From Acutalibacteraceae bacterium (GTDB lineage: Bacteria; Bacillota; Clostridia; Oscillospirales; Acutalibacteraceae), in contig JAZNCY010000343.1 of assembly GCA_045587825.1 (NCBI GenBank), positions 1-47,942 of the forward strand: DNA of 47,942 nt. Direction: 5' to 3'. Made by a program: the position numbers and the translations under genes. The notes under the pieces are model-generated. The model saw only the letters and a list, made by a program, of their open reading frames with translations, did not search any database and was not told the origin of the DNA. Position 1 is the first letter of the stretch. Every line of letters starts with the position of its first letter. This document shows positions 1-9,448 of this stretch, piece after piece.

Positions 1-26
1 ATACAGATTGAACCAATCTGAAGATA

Positions 27-572
27 TCATTTACCACGCATTGTAGCAACTGCAACTGCAGCACGACCAAAGCGAAGAATTTTTTCTTGTACATCTTCAG
101 GAATATCTGTAGCAGTAGCTTCCTGAACGTCTTTACCATAAATGCCGAAAGCAGGAAGACCCTTTTGAGCGTGAGCTGCAAGAACAGAAGCCAAATAAAC
201 AGCACCAGGTCTTTCAGTACCATTGAAGCCCCAAACACCTTTGATTGTGTTTTTGTCCATATCCATTGTTTCTGAACCATAGCACCAAGAAGGTGTAACT
301 GAAAGAGTAATATCAACACCTGCTTTTTTAAATTCGTCAGCACACTGTGCAGCTTCTGCAACACGACCGATTGTTGTGCTTGAAATAATAACCTTTACAG
401 GCTCACCGTTAGAATATTTAAGATTTTCGGTAAGGAGCTTCTGAGCTGCTTTAGCCATATTCATTGTTTGTTCTTCGAGAGATTCTCTAACCTTAAGTGG
501 ACCACGTCTACCATCAATACAAGGACGGATACCAATTACAGGATAATCCCCGATAAATCTGTTTTCTGCCAT
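27..572 (-). CDS. fucI: L-fucose isomerase, N-terminal 181 codons. The frame is closed by TGA at 27-29, but FucI-like translation continues to the window edge (possible pseudogene or sequence error)
   Basis: Translation matches the N-terminus of enterobacterial FucI as I recall it ([54 protein letters not shown]). Full-length FucI is about 590 aa. AGGA-type RBS upstream of ATG 570-572. Confidence 0.85.
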   Translation of the reverse strand: MAENRFIGDYPVIGIRPCIDGRRGPLKVRESLEEQTMNMAKAAQKLLTENLKYSNGEPVKVIISSTTIGRVAEAAQCADEFKKAGVDITLSVTPSWCYGSETMDMDKNTIKGVWGFNGTERPGAVYLASVLAAHAQKGLPAFGIYGKDVQEATATDIPEDVQEKILRFGRAAVAVATMRGK

Positions 573-730
573 TTTTATATCATCCTTTCATTTGCATTGC
601 AAACATTAAAGTTCATTTTATAGTATAGCATATTTTATATTCTTTTCAATAATTCTGAAGGTAAATTTTTGGAGTTTATTTTTGTAGAAATTGCTATTTT
701 AGATGTTAGGTGTTGGGTGTTAGATTTTAG

Positions 731-777
731 GGAAAAGAAAATCCTACCATTTAAAGCAAAAGCTAAAATGATAGGAT
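731..777 (-). terminator. Rho-independent terminator downstream of mnmA
   Basis: Minus-strand hairpin, arms 766-777 and 741-752 (atcctatcattt / aaatggtaggat, one G-U), followed by a U-rich tract (complement of 731-740). Confidence 0.6.
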
Positions 778-870
778 GTTGTTATTTTTTCGATTATAAT
801 GCCAACGCAGTTCCGAACCTCTTCACTATTCACTCTTATCTCTTCACTTGAATAATTCTGCTTTTCAGAA

Positions 871-1902
871 TTATTCAATCGTTCCCCCGCCCAGCAAAAT
901 ATCGCCATCATAAAATACAGCGGTCTGCCCTGTGGCAGCGGCGCGTTGTGGCTCGGTGAATTTAATTTTGCAAATAGTATCATCTGTCATAGTTAAAACT
1001 GCTTCTGCTGGTCTTGCGGCACAGCGGATTTTAACTTCGCATTTAATGTCTTCTTCTGGTAAAACACCTGAAACAAAAGAAACGTCACTACAGATAATTT
1101 CGTCTTTAAAAAGCTCCGGATTATCGCCAACTGTAACAGTGTTGTTTTTATAATCGAGCTTTAAAACATACATCGGTTTACCGAATGCCCCGAGACCCTT
1201 TCGTTGACCTATTGTATATTTATAAATACCCTTGTGCTCACCTAAAACTTCTCCCTTAGAAGAAATGAAATCACCAAAATTCTCTTCTGGATTTTTCTCT
1301 TTTTCTATAAATGAAATGTAGTCATCGTCAGGAATAAAGCAGACTTCTTGACTATCTTTTTTCTCGGCAACGTTAAGCCCAGCCTGTGCGGCTAATTCAC
1401 GAACTTCTTCTTTAGTATATTTTGAAAGCGGGAAACGGACATTTTTTAAAATATCCTGATTTAATTTACATAAAAAGTAGCTCTGGTCTTTTCTGGAGTC
1501 TGCTTTTTTAATGTGAAAAATGCCATTCTCATCCTCTATAATATCTGCATAGTGACCCGTTGCCAAAAACTCGCCACCATTTTCTTTTGTGTATTTAATA
1601 AGCTCACCAAATTTTATATTCGGGTTACAAACAACACAAGGGTTTGGGGTTCTGCCACACAAATATTCATTACAAAAATAATCTGTAATTTTTTTGAATT
1701 CTTCACGCCTGTCTAACACGGTTAACGGTATATTAAGATGGTCAGCTACTTTTTGAGCATCTTCTATATCCTTATCAGCCAAATCACCTGGCTTAAGCCT
1801 TAAAATAACACCTTTAACATCGTAGCCCTGTTCTTTTAATACAAGTGCAGTTGCGGCTGAATCAACCCCACCACTTAATGCAACAAAACATACTTTTGAC
1901 AT
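871..1902 (-). CDS. mnmA: tRNA-specific 2-thiouridylase MnmA
   Basis: PP-loop motif ALSGGVDSA and overall MnmA similarity. ATG at 1900-1902 preceded by AAAGGTG; the ORF-track GTG at 1911 is probably upstream read-in. Confidence 0.93.
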   Translation of the reverse strand: MSKVCFVALSGGVDSAATALVLKEQGYDVKGVILRLKPGDLADKDIEDAQKVADHLNIPLTVLDRREEFKKITDYFCNEYLCGRTPNPCVVCNPNIKFGELIKYTKENGGEFLATGHYADIIEDENGIFHIKKADSRKDQSYFLCKLNQDILKNVRFPLSKYTKEEVRELAAQAGLNVAEKKDSQEVCFIPDDDYISFIEKEKNPEENFGDFISSKGEVLGEHKGIYKYTIGQRKGLGAFGKPMYVLKLDYKNNTVTVGDNPELFKDEIICSDVSFVSGVLPEEDIKCEVKIRCAARPAEAVLTMTDDTICKIKFTEPQRAAATGQTAVFYDGDILLGGGTIE

Positions 1903-1914
1903 ATTTAACACCTT

Positions 1915-2247
1915 TTATAAATTTTCAAGTTTTTTGCAGATATCTGGTATATCTTCTGTAATCGTCTGATAAACAATAGTAAACTCTACTTCGCCATAAT
2001 CGTGAACAATCCTATTTCTCATCCCTTTAATTGCTTGCCACGGAATATCATTATGAAGAATTTTAAAATCGGTTGTAAGTTTAGCAGAATTTTCAGAAAT
2101 CTGTATTAATCTAAAAAGAACTGAATCACATAAAACTTCATTTATTTCAAGTTCTTCAAGAGTAATTCCATTGGTTTTTTCTATAATGAAATTTATATCT
2201 TTAAGTAGTTTTTTGATGTAATAATCATCATTTTTTATGTTATCCAT
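1915..2247 (-). CDS. hepT: HepT-like (DUF86) HEPN RNase toxin
   Basis: 110 aa with the Rx4HxY motif (RNRIVHDY). Overlaps the upstream nucleotidyltransferase gene by 8 nt. Confidence 0.85.
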   Translation of the reverse strand: MDNIKNDDYYIKKLLKDINFIIEKTNGITLEELEINEVLCDSVLFRLIQISENSAKLTTDFKILHNDIPWQAIKGMRNRIVHDYGEVEFTIVYQTITEDIPDICKKLENL

Positions 2248-2710
2248 AAATCTTTATACCATCCTTCAAGATTTCGTTTGTTAGGTCAAAGTTATCCTTA
2301 ATCTGTTTTTGGTCAAGAACATCAACTTTCTTTTTTAAATTTTCACGAAGTTCCTCAACCAAACCGTAAAACTTCAAACCTGTAATTGTTGTGTAAATCA
2401 ATAAATCAACATCGCTTGTAGGAGTGGCTTTACCTTTAGCATATGAACCAAACAAATAACAGTACTCCACCGGATATTTTGAAAGTATACTCGAGCAGAC
2501 TTCTTTAATATCTTCTAATGTCAACACACCATTTTCTTCATCTATATATCCGTAAGAAAATAATTTTTCTAAAATATATTTATACTTTATAGTTGATTGT
2601 TTTTTTACATCATTCTCGTAATTTGAATATGTTCTTAACGGCATTCCAACAAAATCAGCCGCTTGTTTTTGTGTAATACCCTTATTTTTTCTAAGCTCAC
2701 GTAATGTCAT
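2240..2710 (-). CDS. mntA: MntA-like minimal nucleotidyltransferase antitoxin with an N-terminal XRE-type HTH domain
   Basis: N-terminal HTH (LRELRKNKGITQKQAADFVGMPLRTYSNYE) followed by the NTase motif GSYAKGKATPTSDVDLL. Confidence 0.85.
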   Translation of the reverse strand: MTLRELRKNKGITQKQAADFVGMPLRTYSNYENDVKKQSTIKYKYILEKLFSYGYIDEENGVLTLEDIKEVCSSILSKYPVEYCYLFGSYAKGKATPTSDVDLLIYTTITGLKFYGLVEELRENLKKKVDVLDQKQIKDNFDLTNEILKDGIKIYG

Positions 2711-2794
2711 AACATCACCTCAATGAAATAATATCATTATTCTTCCCACAAAGCAATAGTTTTATGCAAATTTTGCTTTATTTTATAAATTTTT

Positions 2795-2813
2795 ATATGC
2801 AATTTTTGCATAT
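2795..2813. promoter_or_regulatory. Perfect inverted repeat ATATGCAA-N3-TTGCATAT, candidate operator for the HTH-MntA protein
   Basis: 8-bp arms at 2795-2802 and 2806-2813. Related TGCAAA/TTGCATA half-sites at 2764-2775 and 2817-2828. Lies upstream of the mntA start (2710). Confidence 0.35.
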
Positions 2814-2902
2814 TTTTATTGCATATTACTTATTGTAAAATAATCAAAAAATCAAATTTTCAATATTTTTTTTATTTTTTAGAAAAAACACCCCGAAACC
2901 CC

Positions 2903-2931
2903 TTGCAATTTAAAGAAATTTGTTATAAAAT
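2903..2931 (+). promoter_or_regulatory. Candidate sigma-A promoter for the PHP gene
   Basis: TTGCAA (2903-2908), 17-nt spacer, TAAAAT (2926-2931). Confidence 0.35.
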
Positions 2932-3054
2932 ATATATATAGTCTAATATATTAGGGGGTTGTGCGCTTTTTCGTATTAAAACGCCAAAATCTCCGTTATT
3001 TTATTCATATTTTATAATTATTTTTGTATATTGTTTACGAAAGGAAGGATTAAT

Positions 3055-3954
3055 TTGTCAGCGGATTTACATTGCCATACAAGACTTTCAAATGGTTCTC
3101 TTGGTATTGAAGATTTAATTTCACTTGCTAAAAAACGCAATATTGGGACTATTGCCATTACTGACCTTGATTGCTTGGCTGGTACTGTTAGGGGAAAAAT
3201 TATAGGCGAGAGAATGGGAGTAAAGGTTATACCTGGTGTGGAGCTTTCTGCAACAGATAAAACCAACGGTCAAGAAATTCATTTAATTTGCTATTTACCT
3301 GATTTTCCGGACAGATTAGAGGGACTTTGCAGCAGAAACTCACAGTTAAGAAAGCGTTCTTCACACTTTATGACACTTAAAGTTGCTCAGCGCTACCCTG
3401 TTACACCAGAGTTTATTATTAAATGTGCTTCTGGTTCTACTAACGTTTACAAAGTCCACATTATGCAAGCTCTTATTGAAATGGGCTTTACAGATAAAAT
3501 TTACTCAGAACTTTATGATGAGCTCTTTAACCCAGAATCAGAAAAATCAATAAACCATTCACCTGAATATCAGGATGTTTTTGAAGTTCTTACAGCAATT
3601 CATGATGCTGGCGGTATTGCAGTTTTAACACACCCATTCCGCTCAAAAAATCCCGATTTGTTGGACAAGCTCGTTGAAGCAGGTCTTGATGGTATTGAGG
3701 TTTTCACACCAAATATGTCTGCTGACCAGAAAGCAGAGCTCATTAAGTATGCAAAAGCACACAAATTACTTACAACAGGTGGCACAAACTTCAAGGGTCT
3801 TTATAATAAACACATTCTTTCAGTTGGTGATTGCGATTTACCAGACGAATGTGTAAACGAGCTTTTAACATATAAATCACGTCAGAAAAAAGCTCAAAGA
3901 AAAGCAGCTCAAGCTAAGGCTAATGAGAAATTACAAGAGGCTTTAAAGAAGTAA
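3055..3954 (+). CDS. PHP-domain metal-dependent phosphoesterase (TrpH/YciV RNase AM-like) with a Lys-rich C-terminal tail
   Basis: DLHCHT..SNGS and ITDLD motifs typical of TrpH-type PHP proteins. TTG start at 3055 lies 6 nt after AAGGAAGG; the ORF-track start at 3031 has no RBS. Confidence 0.8.
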   Translation: MSADLHCHTRLSNGSLGIEDLISLAKKRNIGTIAITDLDCLAGTVRGKIIGERMGVKVIPGVELSATDKTNGQEIHLICYLPDFPDRLEGLCSRNSQLRKRSSHFMTLKVAQRYPVTPEFIIKCASGSTNVYKVHIMQALIEMGFTDKIYSELYDELFNPESEKSINHSPEYQDVFEVLTAIHDAGGIAVLTHPFRSKNPDLLDKLVEAGLDGIEVFTPNMSADQKAELIKYAKAHKLLTTGGTNFKGLYNKHILSVGDCDLPDECVNELLTYKSRQKKAQRKAAQAKANEKLQEALKK

Positions 3955-3962
3955 TATAAAAT

Positions 3963-3990
3963 AAAAAGCAGTCGAAAGACTGCTTTTTTA
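3963..3990. terminator. Bidirectional Rho-independent terminator between the PHP and fic genes
   Basis: aaaaagcagtc (3963-3973) / gactgcttttt (3978-3988) with a GAAA loop, A/T runs on both sides. Confidence 0.8.
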
Positions 3991-3992
3991 TT

Positions 3993-4598
3993 TTATAAAT
4001 CCTCAGTTTTAAATGTAGTATAGCCCTCGTAGTAATAACTGTGGTCAATGCCTTTCATATAAACTTCACGGTCATTAATTTTTTCTGTAAGTGCATTTTT
4101 TAAAACATGCTTAATTTCTATATCTTTAATCGGGCTACGCTCCATAGCAAGTAGATAATCTTCTTTATCTACCTGACTCCAGTCAACAACCTTACCTAAT
4201 TCTTTTTTTAAGATACAATCAAGCCAGATTCTTGTACTTCTGCCATTGCCCTCTCTGAATGGATGAGCAATATTCATTTCAACATACTTTTCAATTATTT
4301 CGTCAAAAGTAGTTTGTGGCATTTTGTCAATATTTTCGAGTGCCGCTTCAAGATACATTATCGGCGCAAATCTGAAATTGCCTTTTGAAATATTCACTGT
4401 ACGAAGTTCACCAGCAAAATCATAAATGTCATCAAAAAGTGTTTTGTGAATTGCTTTTAAAGAATAAAATTTACCAGCTTCAAGCTTGTTGAGTTCTCCA
4501 CTTTCAAATAATTCCAAAGCTTTTTTCTTGCTGATTTTCTCCTCAGCTTCACTTAACTCAGGGGCACTTGTAATACCTAATTTATTTTCGAGTACCAT
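3993..4598 (-). CDS. fic: Fic-family AMPylase, class III (C-terminal auto-inhibitory helix)
   Basis: Fic active-site motif HPFREGNGRSTR. C-terminal SYYYEG matches the inhibitory [ST]xxxE[GN] motif. About 200 aa, like NmFic-type proteins. Confidence 0.88.
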   Translation of the reverse strand: MVLENKLGITSAPELSEAEEKISKKKALELFESGELNKLEAGKFYSLKAIHKTLFDDIYDFAGELRTVNISKGNFRFAPIMYLEAALENIDKMPQTTFDEIIEKYVEMNIAHPFREGNGRSTRIWLDCILKKELGKVVDWSQVDKEDYLLAMERSPIKDIEIKHVLKNALTEKINDREVYMKGIDHSYYYEGYTTFKTEDL

Positions 4599-4686
4599 TG
4601 TTTACTCCTTGAAAAGAATTTATATGTATATTATACCACAAACTACTATATTTTTCAATCTGTATAGAAATATAAGGGCGAAAAAC

Positions 4687-5124
4687 TCATCTTCTCTTAT
4701 ATATCAGAATTTCGGGATTTGCGCCATTTTCGCCATATTCAGCAACTAATAAGAATGATGGGTTTGCTACTATTCCAAAGCATCTTTCTTCGCCAAATTC
4801 ACATTCAAGCTGATTACCGAGGTAAATATTGTTATCGTCTAAAAGCTTAACGTTTTCACCACTTGGCAACGGATAAGCAAGATTAACAAATTCACCCGAT
4901 AGTATATGCAACTGGTCGATTTTTGGCATTCCAGAAATATTCAGGGAATTGAATTCATCAATAAGTATTTTTTTAAACTCTTCGAATTCTTCTATTCCAC
5001 CTATATCTATATATTCTGAAATAAAGCACTTTTTACCGAAAGGACAAGCATTGGTTTCAGCACACCCTTTACATTTTTCTTTTCTAATACATTCAGTACA
5101 ATTTACACCACATTTTGTTTTCAT
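4687..5124 (-). CDS. Cysteine-rich protein of unknown function (DUF3795-like N-terminal metal-binding region)
   Basis: N-terminal CGVNCTEC...CKGC...CPFGKKC cysteine pattern. Clean 145-aa ORF ending in TGA. Confidence 0.5.
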   Translation of the reverse strand: MKTKCGVNCTECIRKEKCKGCAETNACPFGKKCFISEYIDIGGIEEFEEFKKILIDEFNSLNISGMPKIDQLHILSGEFVNLAYPLPSGENVKLLDDNNIYLGNQLECEFGEERCFGIVANPSFLLVAEYGENGANPEILIYKRR

Positions 5125-5244
5125 TTTATCATCCCTTCTTCTTAGAGCACACTCGCTCTAAATTTATTAGAAGCTTCTATATATTTAATACACCTTTTTG
5201 AAAAGAAAAACAAGACTTGAAATTTACCTTAAAATATGCTTGGT

Positions 5245-5283
5245 CACAAAAAACCACCCGAGTATTTTTTACCCCGAGTGGTT
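5245..5283 (-). terminator. Rho-independent terminator downstream of the GH2 gene
   Basis: Minus-strand 11-bp stem (5273-5283 with 5252-5262, two G-U pairs) followed by UUUUUGUG. Confidence 0.6.
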
Positions 5284-5300
5284 GTTTTTGTTATTCCTGA

Positions 5301-7025
5301 TTATTTTTCTATAGCCGCAACTTTTGTGTTAATTTTATAAAGTCTTTGGGCATCGAATTTTTCGGTTCTGTCGTAGTAATAAATACCGTTTAATTCCTGC
5401 TCAACATCGGTAAGCTGAGTGTAGCAGAAGCCGAGCATTTTTGGGTTATCAATAAGAGCTGTTGTAAGACCTTCATATCTCTCATAGAACTCTTCATAAG
5501 ATGTTGCAGGGTTACCATAGCCCCAGGCATTTTTGAGAGTATCGTAATCCTTATCAGATTTAAGTAAAATTCGGATTCCGCCGTATTCACTCATAAACAC
5601 AGGCTCGCCATTCCAATGCTGTTTATCAGGGAAGCGATCATAAAGCTCATTTTCTTTAAAGAGCTTATCATAATTCTCTTTAAAGATTTTGTAATCCTGC
5701 TCATAATCGTGAACGTCGAAAATATCTGTTTCAACGTGGTAGTTACCACTTGTGTCAATGCAAGGGCGAGTTTTGTCGAGTGCTTTAACTGTTCTGTAAA
5801 CGATTCTCAAAACGTCAGCATCCTGGAATGCTCTGTCAATTTCCCAAGTTTCATTATATGGGCACCAGCCTATAATAGATGGGTGGTTAAAGTCTCTTTC
5901 AATTTCTTCTTCAATTTCTAAAAGGAAGTAACGAAGAGATTCGAACTTAGTCCAGTTAAGACCCCAGTTGCCGTGCTCACCCCAAACAATGTAACCTAAT
6001 TCGTCGCAGTAATGTAAGAAAAGTGGCTCAAAGATTTTCTGGTGAAGTCTTGCACCATTAAATCCGACTTTCATTGAGAGAAGAATATCATTTTTAAGAG
6101 CTTCTTTTGTAGGAGCAGTGTAAATTCCATCCGGGTAGAAGCCCTGGTCTAAAATAAGTCTCTGGAAAACTGGTTTGCCATTGATTTTGCAAACGCCATC
6201 TGAAAGGTCTACTTCACGAAGTCCAAAGTAGCTTGTAACTTCATCGTCAGCGAAATTAAGTGTGAGCGAATAAAGACCACCCTTGCCAACTTCCCAAAGA
6301 TGCTTCTCAGTTAAGTTAAGTGTAACTGTAACTGTCTGACCTAAGACCTTGCTTTCTGCCACACCTACTTCTTTCCCATCCCAGAAAGCTGTTGCTTTAA
6401 AGTCGCCTTTACCTACTAAATCAGCAGTAATTGTGAGTGTAGCATTTTCAATATTTGGGTAAACCTTGAAATTTTTAATATAATCATTCTTAACGAATTC
6501 AAGGTAAACCGTCTGCCAGATACCCGTAGTTCTTGTGTAGTCACAGCCGTGAGAATAAAATTCCTCGCTCTGCTTACCACGTGCTTGCATAAATGAGCGT
6601 GTGTCATCTTCAACATAAAGTGTAAGAGTGTTTTCGCCCTCTTTTAAGTATTTTGTAAGTTCAATTCTAAAAGTTGTATAACCGCCGAAATGCTCGCCTG
6701 CTTCAACTTCGTTAACATATAATTTAGCGTGAAAATCTACTGCACCAAAAATAATGAAAACTCTGTTTTCTAATTGCTCTTTAGTAATATTAATTTTCTT
6801 TCTGTACCATACAGCAGGAATAAAGTCTTTATAACCAATACCAGAAAGTTCACTTTCTACACAGAAAGGAACTGTAATTTTCTTTGAGAATACAGAATCA
6901 TTTTTAAACATTTCACGGTTTACACCTGAATTACCAAAATCAAATTCAAATTCCCATTCACCGTTTAAAATTTCATAATTTTCTCTTTTAAAGTTCGGGT
7001 TTGGATGTTCGTTTCTTGGTATCAT
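5301..7025 (-). CDS. Glycoside hydrolase family 2 (beta-galactosidase/beta-glucuronidase-like)
   Basis: GH2 sugar-binding, Ig-like and TIM-barrel architecture. NHPSIIGWCPYNE acid/base region. Confidence 0.85.
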   Translation of the reverse strand: MIPRNEHPNPNFKRENYEILNGEWEFEFDFGNSGVNREMFKNDSVFSKKITVPFCVESELSGIGYKDFIPAVWYRKKINITKEQLENRVFIIFGAVDFHAKLYVNEVEAGEHFGGYTTFRIELTKYLKEGENTLTLYVEDDTRSFMQARGKQSEEFYSHGCDYTRTTGIWQTVYLEFVKNDYIKNFKVYPNIENATLTITADLVGKGDFKATAFWDGKEVGVAESKVLGQTVTVTLNLTEKHLWEVGKGGLYSLTLNFADDEVTSYFGLREVDLSDGVCKINGKPVFQRLILDQGFYPDGIYTAPTKEALKNDILLSMKVGFNGARLHQKIFEPLFLHYCDELGYIVWGEHGNWGLNWTKFESLRYFLLEIEEEIERDFNHPSIIGWCPYNETWEIDRAFQDADVLRIVYRTVKALDKTRPCIDTSGNYHVETDIFDVHDYEQDYKIFKENYDKLFKENELYDRFPDKQHWNGEPVFMSEYGGIRILLKSDKDYDTLKNAWGYGNPATSYEEFYERYEGLTTALIDNPKMLGFCYTQLTDVEQELNGIYYYDRTEKFDAQRLYKINTKVAAIEK

Positions 7026-7026
7026 T

Positions 7027-8895
7027 TTAATTACTCCTTAAGTGAATTAATAATACTGAAATATCAGCTGGTGAAACACCACTTATTCTTGAAGCCTGTC
7101 CTACGTTTTCAGGTCTGATTTTTTCTAATTTTTCAATTGCTTCAAGTCTTAAATTTGTAATAGCCTTGTAGTCGATATCTTCTGGGATTTTCTTAACTTC
7201 AAGGCGTTTTAATTCATCAACCTGAGCTTTTTGCCTTTTAATGTAGCCTTCATATTTAAAGTTAATTTCAACCTGTTCAAACACTTCTTTTGCAATTTCA
7301 GGTCTGGTTTTATCAAAAGGTTCAAGTAATTTATAGGTTACTTGTGGACGTTTTAAAAGCTCTGACATTTTACAACCAGTTTTAAGTGGAGCAGTACCAG
7401 CTTCTTCCAAGACTTTGTTAAGCTCTTCACTCGGAGCTATTGAAGCTGAATTAACCCTCTCGGTTTCTTGCTTTATTTCTCGGATTTTTCTAAGAAGTGC
7501 ATCGTGGGCTTCTTCAGTTACAAGACCTATTTTATAGCCCATTTCTGTAAGTCTTAAATCGGCATTATCTTCTCTTAAAATAAGACGATATTCACTTCTT
7601 GAAGTCATCATTCTGTATGGGTCTGAGCATCCTTTTGTTACAAGGTCATCTATAAGAGTTCCAATATAAGAAGTGCTTCTGTCTAAAATAAATGGCTCTT
7701 TACCCTGTACCTTTAATGCGGCATTTATACCAGCAACAAGTCCTTGTGCAGCAGCTTCTTCATAACCAGAAGAACCGTTGAACTGACCTGCACCAAAAAG
7801 ACCCTCTAAGTCATTGAATTCTAAAGTTGATTTTAATGAAAGCGGATTAACACAATCATACTCGATAGCGTAAGCAGTTCTCATTACTTTTACGTTCTCG
7901 AGTCCTTTTACGCTTTTTAAAATCTGCAATTGAACATCTTCAGGGAGTGAAGATGAAAGCCCCTGTAAATACAATTCCTCAGTATCTAAACCACAAGGCT
8001 CAATAAACACCTGGTGGCGTTCTTTCTCGAAGAATCGCATAATTTTATCTTCAATACTCGGGCAATATCTCGGACCTGTACCCTCTATCTTTTTAGAATA
8101 GAGAGGAGAACGGTCTATATTATCCAAAATAATCTTTTTAGTTTTTTCGTTTGTATATGTAATATGACAAACTTCTTTATTTTCTAACTTATCGCTTGGA
8201 GTCGAGAAAGAGAATGGTGTAATTTCACTATCACCAATCTGCTCCTCGAGTTCAGAAAAATTAACACTGTTTCTGTTGACTCTTGGTGGAGTACCAGTTT
8301 TAAAACGTCTTAAATCAACGTTCAATTTATTTAAGTCGTCAGAAAGTGCATTTGATGGGAACATTCCATCAGGGCCACTTTCATAAGAAACATCGCCAAC
8401 GTAAACTTTACCCTTTAAGAAAGTACCAGTAGCAATAATAACTGTTTTTGCTTTGTAAACAGCTTCTAACTGAGTACTCATTTCCCAAAGACCATCATCT
8501 GTTTTATTAAGTGAAACAATTTCTGCTTGCTTTAAATCAAGATTTTCTTGATTTTCAAGACAATGCTTCATATATTTGGTGTATTCACGTCTGTCAATCT
8601 GTGCTCTTAATGAGTGCACAGCAGGACCTTTACCAAGATTTAAAATTCTGCTCTGAATTAAAGTAGCATCGGCAGCTTTACCCATTTCGCCACCTAAAGC
8701 ATCAATTTCTCTTACTAAATGACCTTTAGACGTACCGCCGATAGATGGGTTACACGCCATATTGCCAATCCAGTCTAAGTTAATTGTAAAAACAATAGTT
8801 GAAGCGCCAAGTCGTGCTGAAGCCAACGCCGCTTCAATACCAGCATGACCAGCACCTATAACCGCAACGTCATATTCTCCTGCAAAGTATTTCAT
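7027..8895 (-). CDS. mnmG: tRNA uridine 5-carboxymethylaminomethyl modification enzyme MnmG (GidA)
   Basis: FAD motif VIGAGHAGIEAA and full-length similarity to MnmG. Confidence 0.96.
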   Translation of the reverse strand: MKYFAGEYDVAVIGAGHAGIEAALASARLGASTIVFTINLDWIGNMACNPSIGGTSKGHLVREIDALGGEMGKAADATLIQSRILNLGKGPAVHSLRAQIDRREYTKYMKHCLENQENLDLKQAEIVSLNKTDDGLWEMSTQLEAVYKAKTVIIATGTFLKGKVYVGDVSYESGPDGMFPSNALSDDLNKLNVDLRRFKTGTPPRVNRNSVNFSELEEQIGDSEITPFSFSTPSDKLENKEVCHITYTNEKTKKIILDNIDRSPLYSKKIEGTGPRYCPSIEDKIMRFFEKERHQVFIEPCGLDTEELYLQGLSSSLPEDVQLQILKSVKGLENVKVMRTAYAIEYDCVNPLSLKSTLEFNDLEGLFGAGQFNGSSGYEEAAAQGLVAGINAALKVQGKEPFILDRSTSYIGTLIDDLVTKGCSDPYRMMTSRSEYRLILREDNADLRLTEMGYKIGLVTEEAHDALLRKIREIKQETERVNSASIAPSEELNKVLEEAGTAPLKTGCKMSELLKRPQVTYKLLEPFDKTRPEIAKEVFEQVEINFKYEGYIKRQKAQVDELKRLEVKKIPEDIDYKAITNLRLEAIEKLEKIRPENVGQASRISGVSPADISVLLIHLRSN

Positions 8896-8904
8896 AATTT
8901 AAAA

Positions 8905-9447
8905 TCATCCCTCAATAATTTTAATGTGTCCGTCTTCTCGTTCCTTCATTGGTGGCTCTTCATTCGGGTAGCCTAAAGTCATACCGAGTAAAAAGCACCA
9001 GTCTTCGTCTACTTCAAGAATTTTCTTCCATTTTTTAGCTCCCTCTTCGTTATCAAAAAGAGCGCCTAATGAACCTACCATACAACTGCCAAGACCTAAA
9101 GACTTGGCGGCTAATGCAATATTTTCTGCCATTAACCCCGCCGCCATATCACTTTTATCTTTAGCAAAAATAAAAATAAATGTTGGTGCGTTGTGGTAAA
9201 CAGGTCTTTTATCCCAACCAGTATATGCCGGGGTATCCCAACCAACAATATTTTTAAAATCAGTATTCATTTCGTCTAACTTTTCTTTGCTTCTTAAAAC
9301 TCTTAAATGGCAAGGCTGTGTGTTTCTGCCACTTGGTGCTCTTATTGCAGCATCTAATACAATATTTAAGAGCTCCATTGGAACCTGGGTCTCTGTGTAT
9401 TCTCTTATAGTCTGACGAGTCATTATATTTTTAATTACTTCGTTCAT
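8905..9447 (-). CDS. Nitroreductase-family protein
   Basis: RQTIREY...APSGRNTQP signature of the NADH oxidase/nitroreductase fold. Confidence 0.85.
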   Translation of the reverse strand: MNEVIKNIMTRQTIREYTETQVPMELLNIVLDAAIRAPSGRNTQPCHLRVLRSKEKLDEMNTDFKNIVGWDTPAYTGWDKRPVYHNAPTFIFIFAKDKSDMAAGLMAENIALAAKSLGLGSCMVGSLGALFDNEEGAKKWKKILEVDEDWCFLLGMTLGYPNEEPPMKEREDGHIKIIEG

Positions 9448-9448
9448 A

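Noticed and set aside
27-29. Genome-wide TGA reassignment (code 4 or 25) as the explanation for the in-frame TGA in fucI
   Set aside because: TGA clearly works as a true stop elsewhere in the window. Examples are the genes ending at 4687, 8905 and 31394 and the MNT gene ending at 13491, where protein lengths and C-termini are as expected.
704-722. G/T-rich short repeat (gttaggtgttgggtgttag) upstream of the mnmA terminator
   Set aside because: It has only two to three imperfect units, no G-tracts long enough for a quadruplex, and no partner features. I treat it as a low-complexity coincidence.
850-877. 12-bp perfect hairpin (tgaataattctg / cagaattattca) overlapping the mnmA stop codon, considered as a terminator
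   Set aside because: No U-rich tract follows it on either strand. A better terminator lies at 731-777. It may be structural or regulatory, but I cannot support a call.
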